A stretch of DNA of 64,000 bases from Candidatus Latescibacterota bacterium (GTDB taxonomy: Bacteria; Krumholzibacteriota; Krumholzibacteriia; WVZY01). The position numbers were made by a program, and so were the translations under genes. A model generated the notes under the pieces. That model had not been told where the DNA came from, made no database searches, and worked only from the letters and a program-made list of their open reading frames with translations. Location of the stretch: assembly GCA_963791045.1 (NCBI GenBank), contig CAWBQK010000004.1, positions 96,001 through 160,000 of the forward strand. The letters are read 5' to 3'. Of this stretch, positions 28,364 through 37,093 are shown piece after piece (position 1 is the stretch's first letter; every line of letters begins with the position of its first letter).

Positions 28364-29619
28364 ACTACTACACCTCTCCCTGCGGACCCAATCGCACGCT
28401 CGTAAAGCGATTCGATCGTGTCGAGATGACGCGCTTCGGTCAGCTTATCGGAGATCGCCTTGCGCCCCCTATGACCGATCTCCGCCGCGCGTGTTCCATC
28501 CGTCCACAAGGTTCGAATCGCCGTGGCAAGCGCGCACGCGTCCCCCACTGGAAAAACGATTCCGCCACAGAGTTCGGCCAGTTCCGGCAGACCACCCATG
28601 TTCGAGACAACAATGGGAACACCGAGATCCATTGCCTCGAGAACTGTGAAAGGCGCGTTCTCGGGACTCTCGGTCGGGAGCACAACCGCCGTTGCCCGCC
28701 GTATCACCATATCGAGTTCGGGTTTTCGCAGATGCCCGGTAAAAACGACATTTCTTATACCCGATGATGTAACGCGCTCACGAAGCGCCGATCCCAGAGG
28801 CCCATCTCCGCAGACAACCATCGCGACATCGGGGATTCGACACACCGCGTCGAACAACGTCGGCAGACCTTTTTCAGCGCTGAGTCTTCCAAAATACAGA
28901 ATGTATTTCTCAGGGAGATCATCAAGCCCACCGCTCGCCGCGGCTCCATCACTCGTCTCAGCCGGCACGTAGGGCGGAACATACACTACCCTGTCATCCG
29001 AGTAACCCGCTTCGACAAACGTATCGCGCATAAACCGGCTCGGCGCAAAAAAGAAACGGATGTCGTCGTACACGTGTGTCCATTTCTGATAGTACGCCTC
29101 AAGCGAAAGGAGCGCGCTCCGCGCAAACGATCCATCGTGGCACCGCGTGGTTGCTGCTTTCAAAAAATGGCCGCCGCGGCACTTGTAACAATACGCTTTC
29201 CCGTCAAAAAGCGAGTAGTTCGGGCACACCAGCTTGTAATCATGAAGCGTCATGACAACAGGCACGCCGGCCCGAGTTAGAACCGGAATGATCGATGGGG
29301 TTATCTGATGGTAGATATTGTGGAGGTGGGCGATATCGGGCTTCACCGCGGCGATGAGACGCTCAATATTGCGTGCCGCTTCCTTCGACCTGATAAACGA
29401 AACGCCGGCTGTGACATCGTAAGATTTGGCGTCACGAGCGGCGTAGTCCTTTTCGCCGACGAAATAATCAGAGAACGGGGATTCAAGGTTTTGCGGATGG
29501 CGCATCGAGAAATGACTCACATTATGGCCGCGTTTCTCGAGGGATTGCGACAACGAGAACAAATACCTTTCGGTCCCCCCCTTCTCGTAATAGAACTTGT
29601 TTATCTGTAAAACATGCAT
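28336..29619 (-). CDS. GT4 glycosyltransferase
   Basis: NKFYYEKGGTE; HLHNIYHQ; TLHDYKLVCP; FGRLSAEKG; ENAPFTVLEAM. Confidence 0.9.
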   Translation of the reverse strand: MHVLQINKFYYEKGGTERYLFSLSQSLEKRGHNVSHFSMRHPQNLESPFSDYFVGEKDYAARDAKSYDVTAGVSFIRSKEAARNIERLIAAVKPDIAHLHNIYHQITPSIIPVLTRAGVPVVMTLHDYKLVCPNYSLFDGKAYCYKCRGGHFLKAATTRCHDGSFARSALLSLEAYYQKWTHVYDDIRFFFAPSRFMRDTFVEAGYSDDRVVYVPPYVPAETSDGAAASGGLDDLPEKYILYFGRLSAEKGLPTLFDAVCRIPDVAMVVCGDGPLGSALRERVTSSGIRNVVFTGHLRKPELDMVIRRATAVVLPTESPENAPFTVLEAMDLGVPIVVSNMGGLPELAELCGGIVFPVGDACALATAIRTLWTDGTRAAEIGHRGRKAISDKLTEARHLDTIESLYERAIGSAGRGVVVCAGSCELP

Positions 29620-29643
29620 CCCGCAGCACAATACATATAATGA

Positions 29644-30633
29644 CTAGTTACCCAGGTGACGTTTTGCCTTTTCGACGGCGATCCACGAGAGAGCCTGCGG
29701 CATGTTGCGCTTGAGCGCCGATCTTGCCGTACAGATCATCCAGCATTTTTCGCATCCGTCGATTTCTTTTCTGACTTTGTCAGCGGCATCGCTTTCCCAA
29801 ACCTCTTCGAAGGTGTGTCCCTTGAGATCACCCATCGCCGAGGGCACGGTGAGACACGGGTATACGATCCCTTCCGGTGCAAGGTAAAAGAAATCAAGCC
29901 CCGCGCTGCATTTGAGAATCCGGCGCCCCTCTTCGTTGAAGACGAGCGAACCCTGCTCGAAGTAAGCCCGCATCCAGCGTTTTGGATGATAGCTTAGAAG
30001 TTCCTTCTTTATAACATACCCGAGGGCGTCGGCCAGTTCGCCATTTTGCACACCCTGGTTTTCCTGCGTGCTGAAATAAATGTCGGAGTTCTGCGCGACG
30101 GCGGTCGTAAACTGGAACCCAAGGGACTCGGCAAGGTCGTACACTTTTTCCATCTCGCCGACATTGTCGTTCATCGCGGTAAACCCGATACGGACGTTCT
30201 TGAATTCGCGTTCCTTGAGAGCCTTCAGCGTGCCGAGCGATTTGTCGTACGCCCTGGGTATCCCGCGAATCTTGTTATGAATCTCGCCAATTCCGTCGAG
30301 AGAGACCCCGATACCGATATTGGGGATGTGCTTCCGGAGATCCTCCATCTTGGTGATGATTTGATCCTCACGAAATCCATTGGTCGACACGACTATCCTG
30401 GGGCCGCCGCACTTGTTATGGACCGTTTTCACGATATCGACGAGATCTTTGCGCATAAAGGCTTCGCCGCCCGAAATATTGATATCCCGCAGCGTCGAAG
30501 GGACCTTGGCGTAGTCGTCCACGGTCAAGAATTCCTGCGGATCGATCTTCCAGATGTTGCACATCTGGCATCGTGCATCACACCGATAGGTGACGGCAAT
30601 AATTGCGTCGGTGGGGTATGCGGGCTGACCCAT
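29644..30633 (-). CDS. Radical SAM protein with SPASM/twitch domain
   Basis: CDARCQMC (CxxxCxxC); SGGE; C-terminal CSAG...YPC...CEKCWMIC. Confidence 0.92.
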   Translation of the reverse strand: MGQPAYPTDAIIAVTYRCDARCQMCNIWKIDPQEFLTVDDYAKVPSTLRDINISGGEAFMRKDLVDIVKTVHNKCGGPRIVVSTNGFREDQIITKMEDLRKHIPNIGIGVSLDGIGEIHNKIRGIPRAYDKSLGTLKALKEREFKNVRIGFTAMNDNVGEMEKVYDLAESLGFQFTTAVAQNSDIYFSTQENQGVQNGELADALGYVIKKELLSYHPKRWMRAYFEQGSLVFNEEGRRILKCSAGLDFFYLAPEGIVYPCLTVPSAMGDLKGHTFEEVWESDAADKVRKEIDGCEKCWMICTARSALKRNMPQALSWIAVEKAKRHLGN

Positions 30634-30645
30634 AACTGTAATTCC

Positions 30646-31779
30646 TTATATTACAAGGCGTTGAAACAACGCGTCAAATTTCGCTACCATCTTTTCGACG
30701 GTGTACCGTTCCTGGACCGTCTCGCGGGCCCGCTCGATAATTTGTTTCGTTTCTTGTGGTTTGTCAAATATATGACATAAAGCCTCTGAAAGTCCAACTG
30801 CATCGGCTGGAGCAATGAGCTTGCCATTCCACCCGTCTTCTATAATATCCCCTACCGATCCGACCGCGCTCGCCACGACCGGCGCGCCGGCCGCCATCGC
30901 CTCGAGAACGGCGAGCGGAAGCGTTTCCACGGCCGGGTGTGACGGGAGCACGACCGCGTCCGCCATATGGAGAATGTCGGGGATGTCATCGCGTATACCG
31001 AGAAAACTGACGCTTTCCTCCAGGCCCAGGCGCGCCCTTTCAGTCTCGAGTCGCGCTCGTTCCGGTCCGTCTCCCACGGCGAGAAACTTCACTCCCAAAT
31101 CGGGTCTTGTGTCGTTGATCGATTTCGCCGCGGCCAAAAGCGCCGAGTGCGCCTTTTCCGGCCTGAGAACCGCCACCATCGCGACCACTTTGTCATCTTC
31201 CCTCAAACCCAGTTCCGTGCGAAGCGCCGCGACGCGGGTCGGATCGACGGAGCCGAAGCGTTCGGTATCGATCCCATTCTCGATGATAACGATCTTCTCC
31301 CTTTCAACCTCTTCAACATCGTGAAGATACGAAGCGTGGGCCTCGCTCAACGCAACGACCACCGTGGTTTGCCGCATAAGAAGGCGATCCCACACCGTGA
31401 AGCTCCTCGTCGTCTCCATTCTCCCCGTCGAATGGGACGCCACGACGCGAACCGGCACCCGCGCCAGAACTGACGCAATACGCCCCCAGAACATCGCGTT
31501 GTGGTGATCTATCGAGAAGAATATGTCCGGTGAAAATGATCGCAGAATCGGCACGAGCCGCGCGAGAACCAACGGATCGGTACGGTGCCGCTGGAGACCG
31601 TGGTGGTAACGCACGCCCTCTCCCACGATGCGGTTCCCTACCGTGCCCGGGTCTTTGAGAAAGCAAAGCTCCGAATCGTAGCTGTCAGCCGGAAGCCTTG
31701 TGATCAAATTATATAAAACGTTTTCCGCTCCCCCGACCTCAAGCGTGGAAGCGATAAACGCGATCTTGATTTTACTCAC
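30646..31779 (-). CDS. GT4 glycosyltransferase
   Basis: GGAE; IENGID; LRPEKAH; ETLPLAVLEAMAAG. Confidence 0.9.
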   Translation of the reverse strand: MSKIKIAFIASTLEVGGAENVLYNLITRLPADSYDSELCFLKDPGTVGNRIVGEGVRYHHGLQRHRTDPLVLARLVPILRSFSPDIFFSIDHHNAMFWGRIASVLARVPVRVVASHSTGRMETTRSFTVWDRLLMRQTTVVVALSEAHASYLHDVEEVEREKIVIIENGIDTERFGSVDPTRVAALRTELGLREDDKVVAMVAVLRPEKAHSALLAAAKSINDTRPDLGVKFLAVGDGPERARLETERARLGLEESVSFLGIRDDIPDILHMADAVVLPSHPAVETLPLAVLEAMAAGAPVVASAVGSVGDIIEDGWNGKLIAPADAVGLSEALCHIFDKPQETKQIIERARETVQERYTVEKMVAKFDALFQRLVI

Positions 31780-31797
31780 GGATGGATATGAATGATA

Positions 31798-32421
31798 TCA
31801 GACGTACGGACCGCAATCGCGGATTTTGGTTACACAATTTAGATCGTGGATCGACCCCTGGACACGCGCCGGGTTCCCGTAGACGACCACCTCGGGAGGG
31901 ATGTCTTTTGTGACCACGGCGCCGCTCCCGATGAGTGACCGCTCACCAATCGTGATATACGGCAAAATCGTCGCGTTGACGCCGATCTGGACACCGCGCT
32001 TCAGAATCGGACCCCGCATGCACTCTCGGGAATCCGGACATCCGGGGTGGATATCGTTGGCAATCGTCACACCCGGAGCGAGAAACACATCGTCTTCGAT
32101 CGTGGTGAATTGAGCAATGTAGCAGTTGCAGTGGATCTTGACGTTCATTCCGATCGTGCAGCCGTAATCGATGACCGTGTTGTTCCAGATGTTGAAATGG
32201 TCGCCGATCTCATTTTCTTCCCGGATCACGACGTTGTGACCGGTTTCGAGATGGTCACCGATTGTCGTTCCGGCATAGATGACCGACCCCGAACGGATCG
32301 AGGAATCGGATCCGATCCTGAGGATGGAACTGATTCCCTTCCGCGGAGACAGGTAGGCAAGCAACACGCCCTCATCGACCCGGGCGTGGTTACCCAATAC
32401 CACTTCACCGATGTTCTGCAA
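31798..32421 (-). CDS. Hexapeptide N-acetyltransferase, WbpD/WlbB-like
   Basis: LbH repeats; IEDDVFLAPGV..AND; IGVNATILP; VYGNPAR. Confidence 0.8.
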   Translation of the reverse strand: MQNIGEVVLGNHARVDEGVLLAYLSPRKGISSILRIGSDSSIRSGSVIYAGTTIGDHLETGHNVVIREENEIGDHFNIWNNTVIDYGCTIGMNVKIHCNCYIAQFTTIEDDVFLAPGVTIANDIHPGCPDSRECMRGPILKRGVQIGVNATILPYITIGERSLIGSGAVVTKDIPPEVVVYGNPARVQGSIHDLNCVTKIRDCGPYV

Positions 32422-32449
32422 AGAATACCTCTATCTCTTTGAGCCAGGT

Positions 32450-33457
32450 CTAAGGCGAGACCATGGTTCCCGAATTCGAGAGCGATCGGTTTGCCGCTTC
32501 AATAACCCGTACCACATCGAGACCGTGTTCGCCGGAGCTTCTCGGTGTGTCGCCGCTTTTGATGCAGTCTATGAAGTGTTGGCAGGCGATCTTGAGCGGT
32601 TCGCTGTCATCAAGCTTGGGGATAAAGATATCGCCAAACCGATAAGAAAGCTGGAACTCGCCGAACGTATCATAATGCGCGGGAACATCGACGCCCTTGT
32701 CATATATACGTATTTTCTCGAGCGAGCTGATATCGTCGTAAACAAGCATTTTCTTGCTGCCCACGACGGTCGTCTTGCGGATCTTATTGGGGTTGAGCCA
32801 ACTCACATGAACGTGCGCCATAATCGAGCCGGGGTACTCGAAGTTAAGAAATGCGACATCCTCAACATTCTGACGGATGTAAGCGTGTCCGTGCGCGGCA
32901 ACACTCTCGGGCATGCTGTCGAGCACGTAATTCAGAATCGAAATATCGTGAGGAGCAAGATCCCAGACGACATTGATGTCTTCCTGAAATAGTCCGAGAT
33001 TGACCCTCGTGGTGTTGACGTAGAGGATATCGCCGAGCTCGCCGGACTTGACAAGCTCCTTGATCTTGTTGACCGCAGCGGTAAACACAAAAGTGTGTCC
33101 CACCATGAGAACCAGATTATTTGCTTTGGCCGTGTTCACGAGCATTTCGCTATCGGCAACGGAGGTGGCAAGTGGTTTCTCTACGAATACGTGTTTACCC
33201 GCTTCGAGTGCCTTCATGGCAATCTCGACATGGGTGCGGGGTGGTGTCGCGATGACAACGGCATCGATGTCATCCGCACCGACGAGCTCGAGGTAATCGC
33301 TTGTGGCCTGAACCTGGGGATACAGCGTCTTCATGTGAGAAAGCCTGTCCTCACTAAGATCCGCGCATCGCACCACTTCTGAATCGCTCAGCTGGGAAAA
33401 ATTTCTAAGAAGATTGGGGCCCCAGTATCCACAACCAACAACACCAACTTTTAGCAC
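32450..33457 (-). CDS. Gfo/Idh/MocA oxidoreductase (nucleotide-sugar dehydrogenase)
   Basis: VGCGYWGPN; HVFVEKP; WDLAPHD. Confidence 0.88.
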   Translation of the reverse strand: MLKVGVVGCGYWGPNLLRNFSQLSDSEVVRCADLSEDRLSHMKTLYPQVQATSDYLELVGADDIDAVVIATPPRTHVEIAMKALEAGKHVFVEKPLATSVADSEMLVNTAKANNLVLMVGHTFVFTAAVNKIKELVKSGELGDILYVNTTRVNLGLFQEDINVVWDLAPHDISILNYVLDSMPESVAAHGHAYIRQNVEDVAFLNFEYPGSIMAHVHVSWLNPNKIRKTTVVGSKKMLVYDDISSLEKIRIYDKGVDVPAHYDTFGEFQLSYRFGDIFIPKLDDSEPLKIACQHFIDCIKSGDTPRSSGEHGLDVVRVIEAANRSLSNSGTMVSP

Positions 33458-33532
33458 GACTCCTCCTATATGTACGTATCCGTATCCTGTTAGCTCTCAA
33501 ATCACCGTGGGCTAGTGTACCACGAGCTTGAG

Positions 33533-34273
33533 CTAAAGACCTCCAGTACCGTACAGCATAACCGGCACCGTTCGAAGTATAATTTTGACATCCAGAAGAA
33601 GCGACCAGTTTTCGATGTAATGGAGGTCGAGAGCCACCATTTCATCGAATGCAACCGTGCTGCGGCCGCTGACCTGCCACAAACCGGTCAGACCCGGTTT
33701 GACCGACAGACGCAGTTTGTGCCACTCCTGGTAGTGGTCCAGTTCATAGGTGAGCGGGGGACGTGGGCCCACAAGGGTCATCTCTCCCTTGAGGACATTC
33801 AAAAATTGGGGAAGTTCATCGAGGCTGGTTTTTCTCAGGAATTTTCCAATAGAGGTAACCCGGGGATCGTCGACGATTTTGAAAACACCGCTGTCTTTTC
33901 CGTTCGCATCGCTCGATTGCCCGTTAATAAAATCTTTTGCGAAATTTCTGTGGGTTTGATCGTTGTTGCCGTTTGTCATGGTCCTGAACTTAAGCATGCG
34001 GAATTTCTTGCCGTTCAGACCGACCCGCTCCTGCACATAAAGAACCGGGCCTTCGGATGTAAGCTTGATAAATAACGCCAACAGAAGATAAAACGGAAGA
34101 CCAAAGACTAGAACTAAAAGAGAAGCACCGATGTCGATGCTTCTTTTGATAAATAACTCAAGATTGGATCGCTCGGCCAAACCTTGATCGAACACATCCG
34201 CGGTCGTTTCGGAGATACAAGCAGGCATTACCTTCTCATCGATGTACCCGAGCGCTGCGATGTTTTTTCTCAC
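33533..34273 (-). CDS. Sugar transferase (monotopic phosphoglycosyl transferase, WbaP/WcaJ C-terminal type)
   Basis: [48 protein letters not shown]. Confidence 0.92.
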   Translation of the reverse strand: MRKNIAALGYIDEKVMPACISETTADVFDQGLAERSNLELFIKRSIDIGASLLVLVFGLPFYLLLALFIKLTSEGPVLYVQERVGLNGKKFRMLKFRTMTNGNNDQTHRNFAKDFINGQSSDANGKDSGVFKIVDDPRVTSIGKFLRKTSLDELPQFLNVLKGEMTLVGPRPPLTYELDHYQEWHKLRLSVKPGLTGLWQVSGRSTVAFDEMVALDLHYIENWSLLLDVKIILRTVPVMLYGTGGL

Positions 34274-34642
34274 TGCTGCTGTCCTTCACAAGTGGGGTTA
34301 AGCAACCTTATGACCTCGATCCGAAATGAACAATTGCAGCGCCCACTCGGCCCTTGAACCAGTGTGGGTTGGTCGATGAAACACCGGTCAATATGGTCAT
34401 GCTTTGACCGCACCAGAAACCTCGACCGATACTTCCGTTGTCCGGAAGATCTTTGTTCAAATCGGTTCTAGTTGGGAAAGCAAAGCAAAAAAAGGTGCTC
34501 TTTGGACTTTTCCCATACATGCTGTTTTGCCCTATCGGTGCCAAGACTCGAGGAAAACTCCCCCTGACTCGAGGCACCTATTGTAGCATACCAACCGACG
34601 TATTTCCAGTAGTATTTTCGCTTTTGGGCTATCGGGAGGCCG

Positions 34643-35884
34643 TTAAATACGGGGATTCTTGACATCGATCATCGAACTAACAAGTTCGACCAAACGGGTA
34701 CGCTGAGCTTCCGTTGCGTATAATTCCCCAACCTTTCTCGCCGCGGAAGATGAGAGCGTCTCCCGCAAATCCGGATCGGCAATCAACCGTTGGATCGCAG
34801 CGGCAAAATCCGTAGGACTGTCGGCAAGAAGATAATCTTTTTCCGGTTCAAACGGCATTCCGGCAATCGCGACCGACGTGCAGATAATGGGAATGCCCGC
34901 CGCCATCGCTTCGAGGATACGGATCCGGAGACCACCCCCAAAACGAAGCGGCACAACAAGACACGTTGCCCGATGAAGATACGGACGGACATCCGCCACC
35001 GGTCCAATCACTTCGACATCACCCTTCAGACCGAACGACTCAAGGGATCTGGGTAGGTGCCCTCCTACAATGCTGATAGACATTCCCTCCGTGCCGTCGA
35101 GCTTGGGATATATTTCACGAGCGAAAAAAGTCAGCGCGTCGCGATTGAAGGACGCTCCCAGGTGACCCAGGAACAGCACCTCCCCTCCCGCTCGCCCCAT
35201 TCCCGATGGGGCGAATGCATCGACGTCAACCCCGAAGGGCATCACGTTCACGGTGCAACTGTCACCGCAAAGCGTCGTGACCGCCGCCTTGTCCCTCTCC
35301 GTGAGCGCCCACACATGTTTGCTCCCCCGGTACGCGGCAATCTCTTCCTTCTGCTCGAGCAGCCACCGTCTGACCGCACTTATTTTCTGCGGGAGATTTC
35401 TTTCGAGGAGAGCCACCTGGCGATTGACGAACATATCGATATCATGCGTCAGGAGAACGCATCGTTCGAGTGGAAAGACCGACATCATCCTCGCCAACTG
35501 CCAATATTCGACTATCACGAGATCATAGTGATCCCTCGAAAGACGCCGCGCCTCGGCAATGAACGCGCCCGGGCAATCGTATAGACTTTTGAGCGAGCGC
35601 CGGGTGAGAAGGGATTTGATGTAATAGAAAATTTTGAATCCCAAGCGATGGACGAGCGAGCGCCGGTTCGGCGCCAACACCGTCACGACTCTGTAACACC
35701 ATTTATCGAGTTCCTTCGCTGCGTTTTCTTCGTCGCGCGACGTGATTCTCGCAAGAACCGTGACGTCAAAATCCGACTGCAGAGCCTGGATCAATGCAAA
35801 CGAGGCAACCCGTGTTCCCTGGTTCGGCGGGTACGGAAGGATCGGCTTGATTAGAAGTATTTTTGGCCGCGCGGCTTCGGTCAC
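34643..35884 (-). CDS. GT4 glycosyltransferase (PEP-CTERM/EpsH-locus sugar transferase-like)
   Basis: PYPPNQG; P.GVD; VVPLRFGGGLRIRILEAMAAG. Confidence 0.85.
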   Translation of the reverse strand: MTEAARPKILLIKPILPYPPNQGTRVASFALIQALQSDFDVTVLARITSRDEENAAKELDKWCYRVVTVLAPNRRSLVHRLGFKIFYYIKSLLTRRSLKSLYDCPGAFIAEARRLSRDHYDLVIVEYWQLARMMSVFPLERCVLLTHDIDMFVNRQVALLERNLPQKISAVRRWLLEQKEEIAAYRGSKHVWALTERDKAAVTTLCGDSCTVNVMPFGVDVDAFAPSGMGRAGGEVLFLGHLGASFNRDALTFFAREIYPKLDGTEGMSISIVGGHLPRSLESFGLKGDVEVIGPVADVRPYLHRATCLVVPLRFGGGLRIRILEAMAAGIPIICTSVAIAGMPFEPEKDYLLADSPTDFAAAIQRLIADPDLRETLSSSAARKVGELYATEAQRTRLVELVSSMIDVKNPRI

Positions 35885-37053
35885 CCTGGTGTCCTCCGTG
35901 TTCGCAAATCTCCCCCGGCCGCGCCGAGATAAAGTTCTTCCATCCGTTCGATGTGATTTTCAAGCGTAAAACATTTCTCGAATCGTCGCCGGGCATTCGC
36001 ACCCAAATCGAACCGGAGACTCTCCTCGCTCACAAGCCGTGCGATGGCTCCGCGCAGCGCCGCCACATCGCCCGGCTCCACGAGAAGGCCCACCTCGTTG
36101 TCAGGCGCCGCTTCGGGGATTCCATCGATCAGAGTCGATACCACGGGAAGCGAACACGCCATCGCTTCGAGGATAACATACGGCATTCCTTCCATAAAGG
36201 ACGGGAGAACGAGAACGTCCATCGCGCAAAGAATCTCTTCGATTGTCTTCTCGTCAACCGATCCGAGAAATCGAACTCGCGCTTCCATCCCTTTTTCCTT
36301 CGTCACCCGTTTGTAATCCGCTTCGCGTTCCCCGCTTCCAACGACAAAAAGCCGCCATCTTTCCGCTTCGATCCCCTCCACGGCTGCGAGAAGGTCATCC
36401 AGCCCTTTCCTCGCGATGAGACTCCCCACATAAACGATTCCCACAACGCCGTCGTGCAGTTCCAGTCGGCGTCTCCCTGCAAGACGGAGTTGGGAGCGGT
36501 TGTCGCCCATACTCTTCGCCACACCGTTGTAAATCACTTCGATCTTGTCCGGCCGCACCCCCTGGCGCGCGATAAGCTGTTCAACATTCGACGTGCATAT
36601 GGTGAGTACTTTGTCGACCCATTGATACGAGAAATCCTTGACGATCGCCCGTTTCCACAGCCGTTCCACCCTGGGAAGATGCTCGGTCACGATAACGGTT
36701 CTTGTCCCCGCAAGACGCGCCAGCGGCGCTATGAGCCCCATCTGGCCATCGTAGGGACCCGGCACATTGACGTGGACAACATGCGGATCGATATCGGAAA
36801 GGGCCTTAAAAACGGGCACCGCATCCAAGGGAGAAAATGGCATGTTCATGGGCGCCCTTCGTACGGCCACTCCCGCCCCGTCGAGACTGACGCACCATTC
36901 GTCGAGCCCCTCCCCCACCTTCGCCAAAACCACCGGGTCGAAGACGTCCCGATCGAGGCCGAGCGCAAGAAGCTTCACATAACGCTCGGCACCACCCGCA
37001 TATGCCGAGTCGACAACGAAACAAACACGGACTCTCTGTGATTTCTTCGACAA
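35881..37053 (-). CDS. GT4 glycosyltransferase
   Basis: GGAE; IYNGV; RKG; EGMPYVILEAMA. Confidence 0.9.
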   Translation of the reverse strand: MSKKSQRVRVCFVVDSAYAGGAERYVKLLALGLDRDVFDPVVLAKVGEGLDEWCVSLDGAGVAVRRAPMNMPFSPLDAVPVFKALSDIDPHVVHVNVPGPYDGQMGLIAPLARLAGTRTVIVTEHLPRVERLWKRAIVKDFSYQWVDKVLTICTSNVEQLIARQGVRPDKIEVIYNGVAKSMGDNRSQLRLAGRRRLELHDGVVGIVYVGSLIARKGLDDLLAAVEGIEAERWRLFVVGSGEREADYKRVTKEKGMEARVRFLGSVDEKTIEEILCAMDVLVLPSFMEGMPYVILEAMACSLPVVSTLIDGIPEAAPDNEVGLLVEPGDVAALRGAIARLVSEESLRFDLGANARRRFEKCFTLENHIERMEELYLGAAGGDLRTRRTPG

Positions 37054-37093
37054 TGTGACCTCTTCAAGGGCGCGACGGGAGCGCCCGTACTCC

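Noticed and set aside
29644-30633. Radical SAM/SPASM as a RiPP maturase
   Set aside because: No adjacent precursor peptide or RRE/PqqD domain; it is flanked tightly by glycosyltransferases
34480-34545. AGGGCAAA resembling the start of a c-di-GMP-I riboswitch
   Set aside because: The following GNRA-capped stem and GACGCAAAG element are not present
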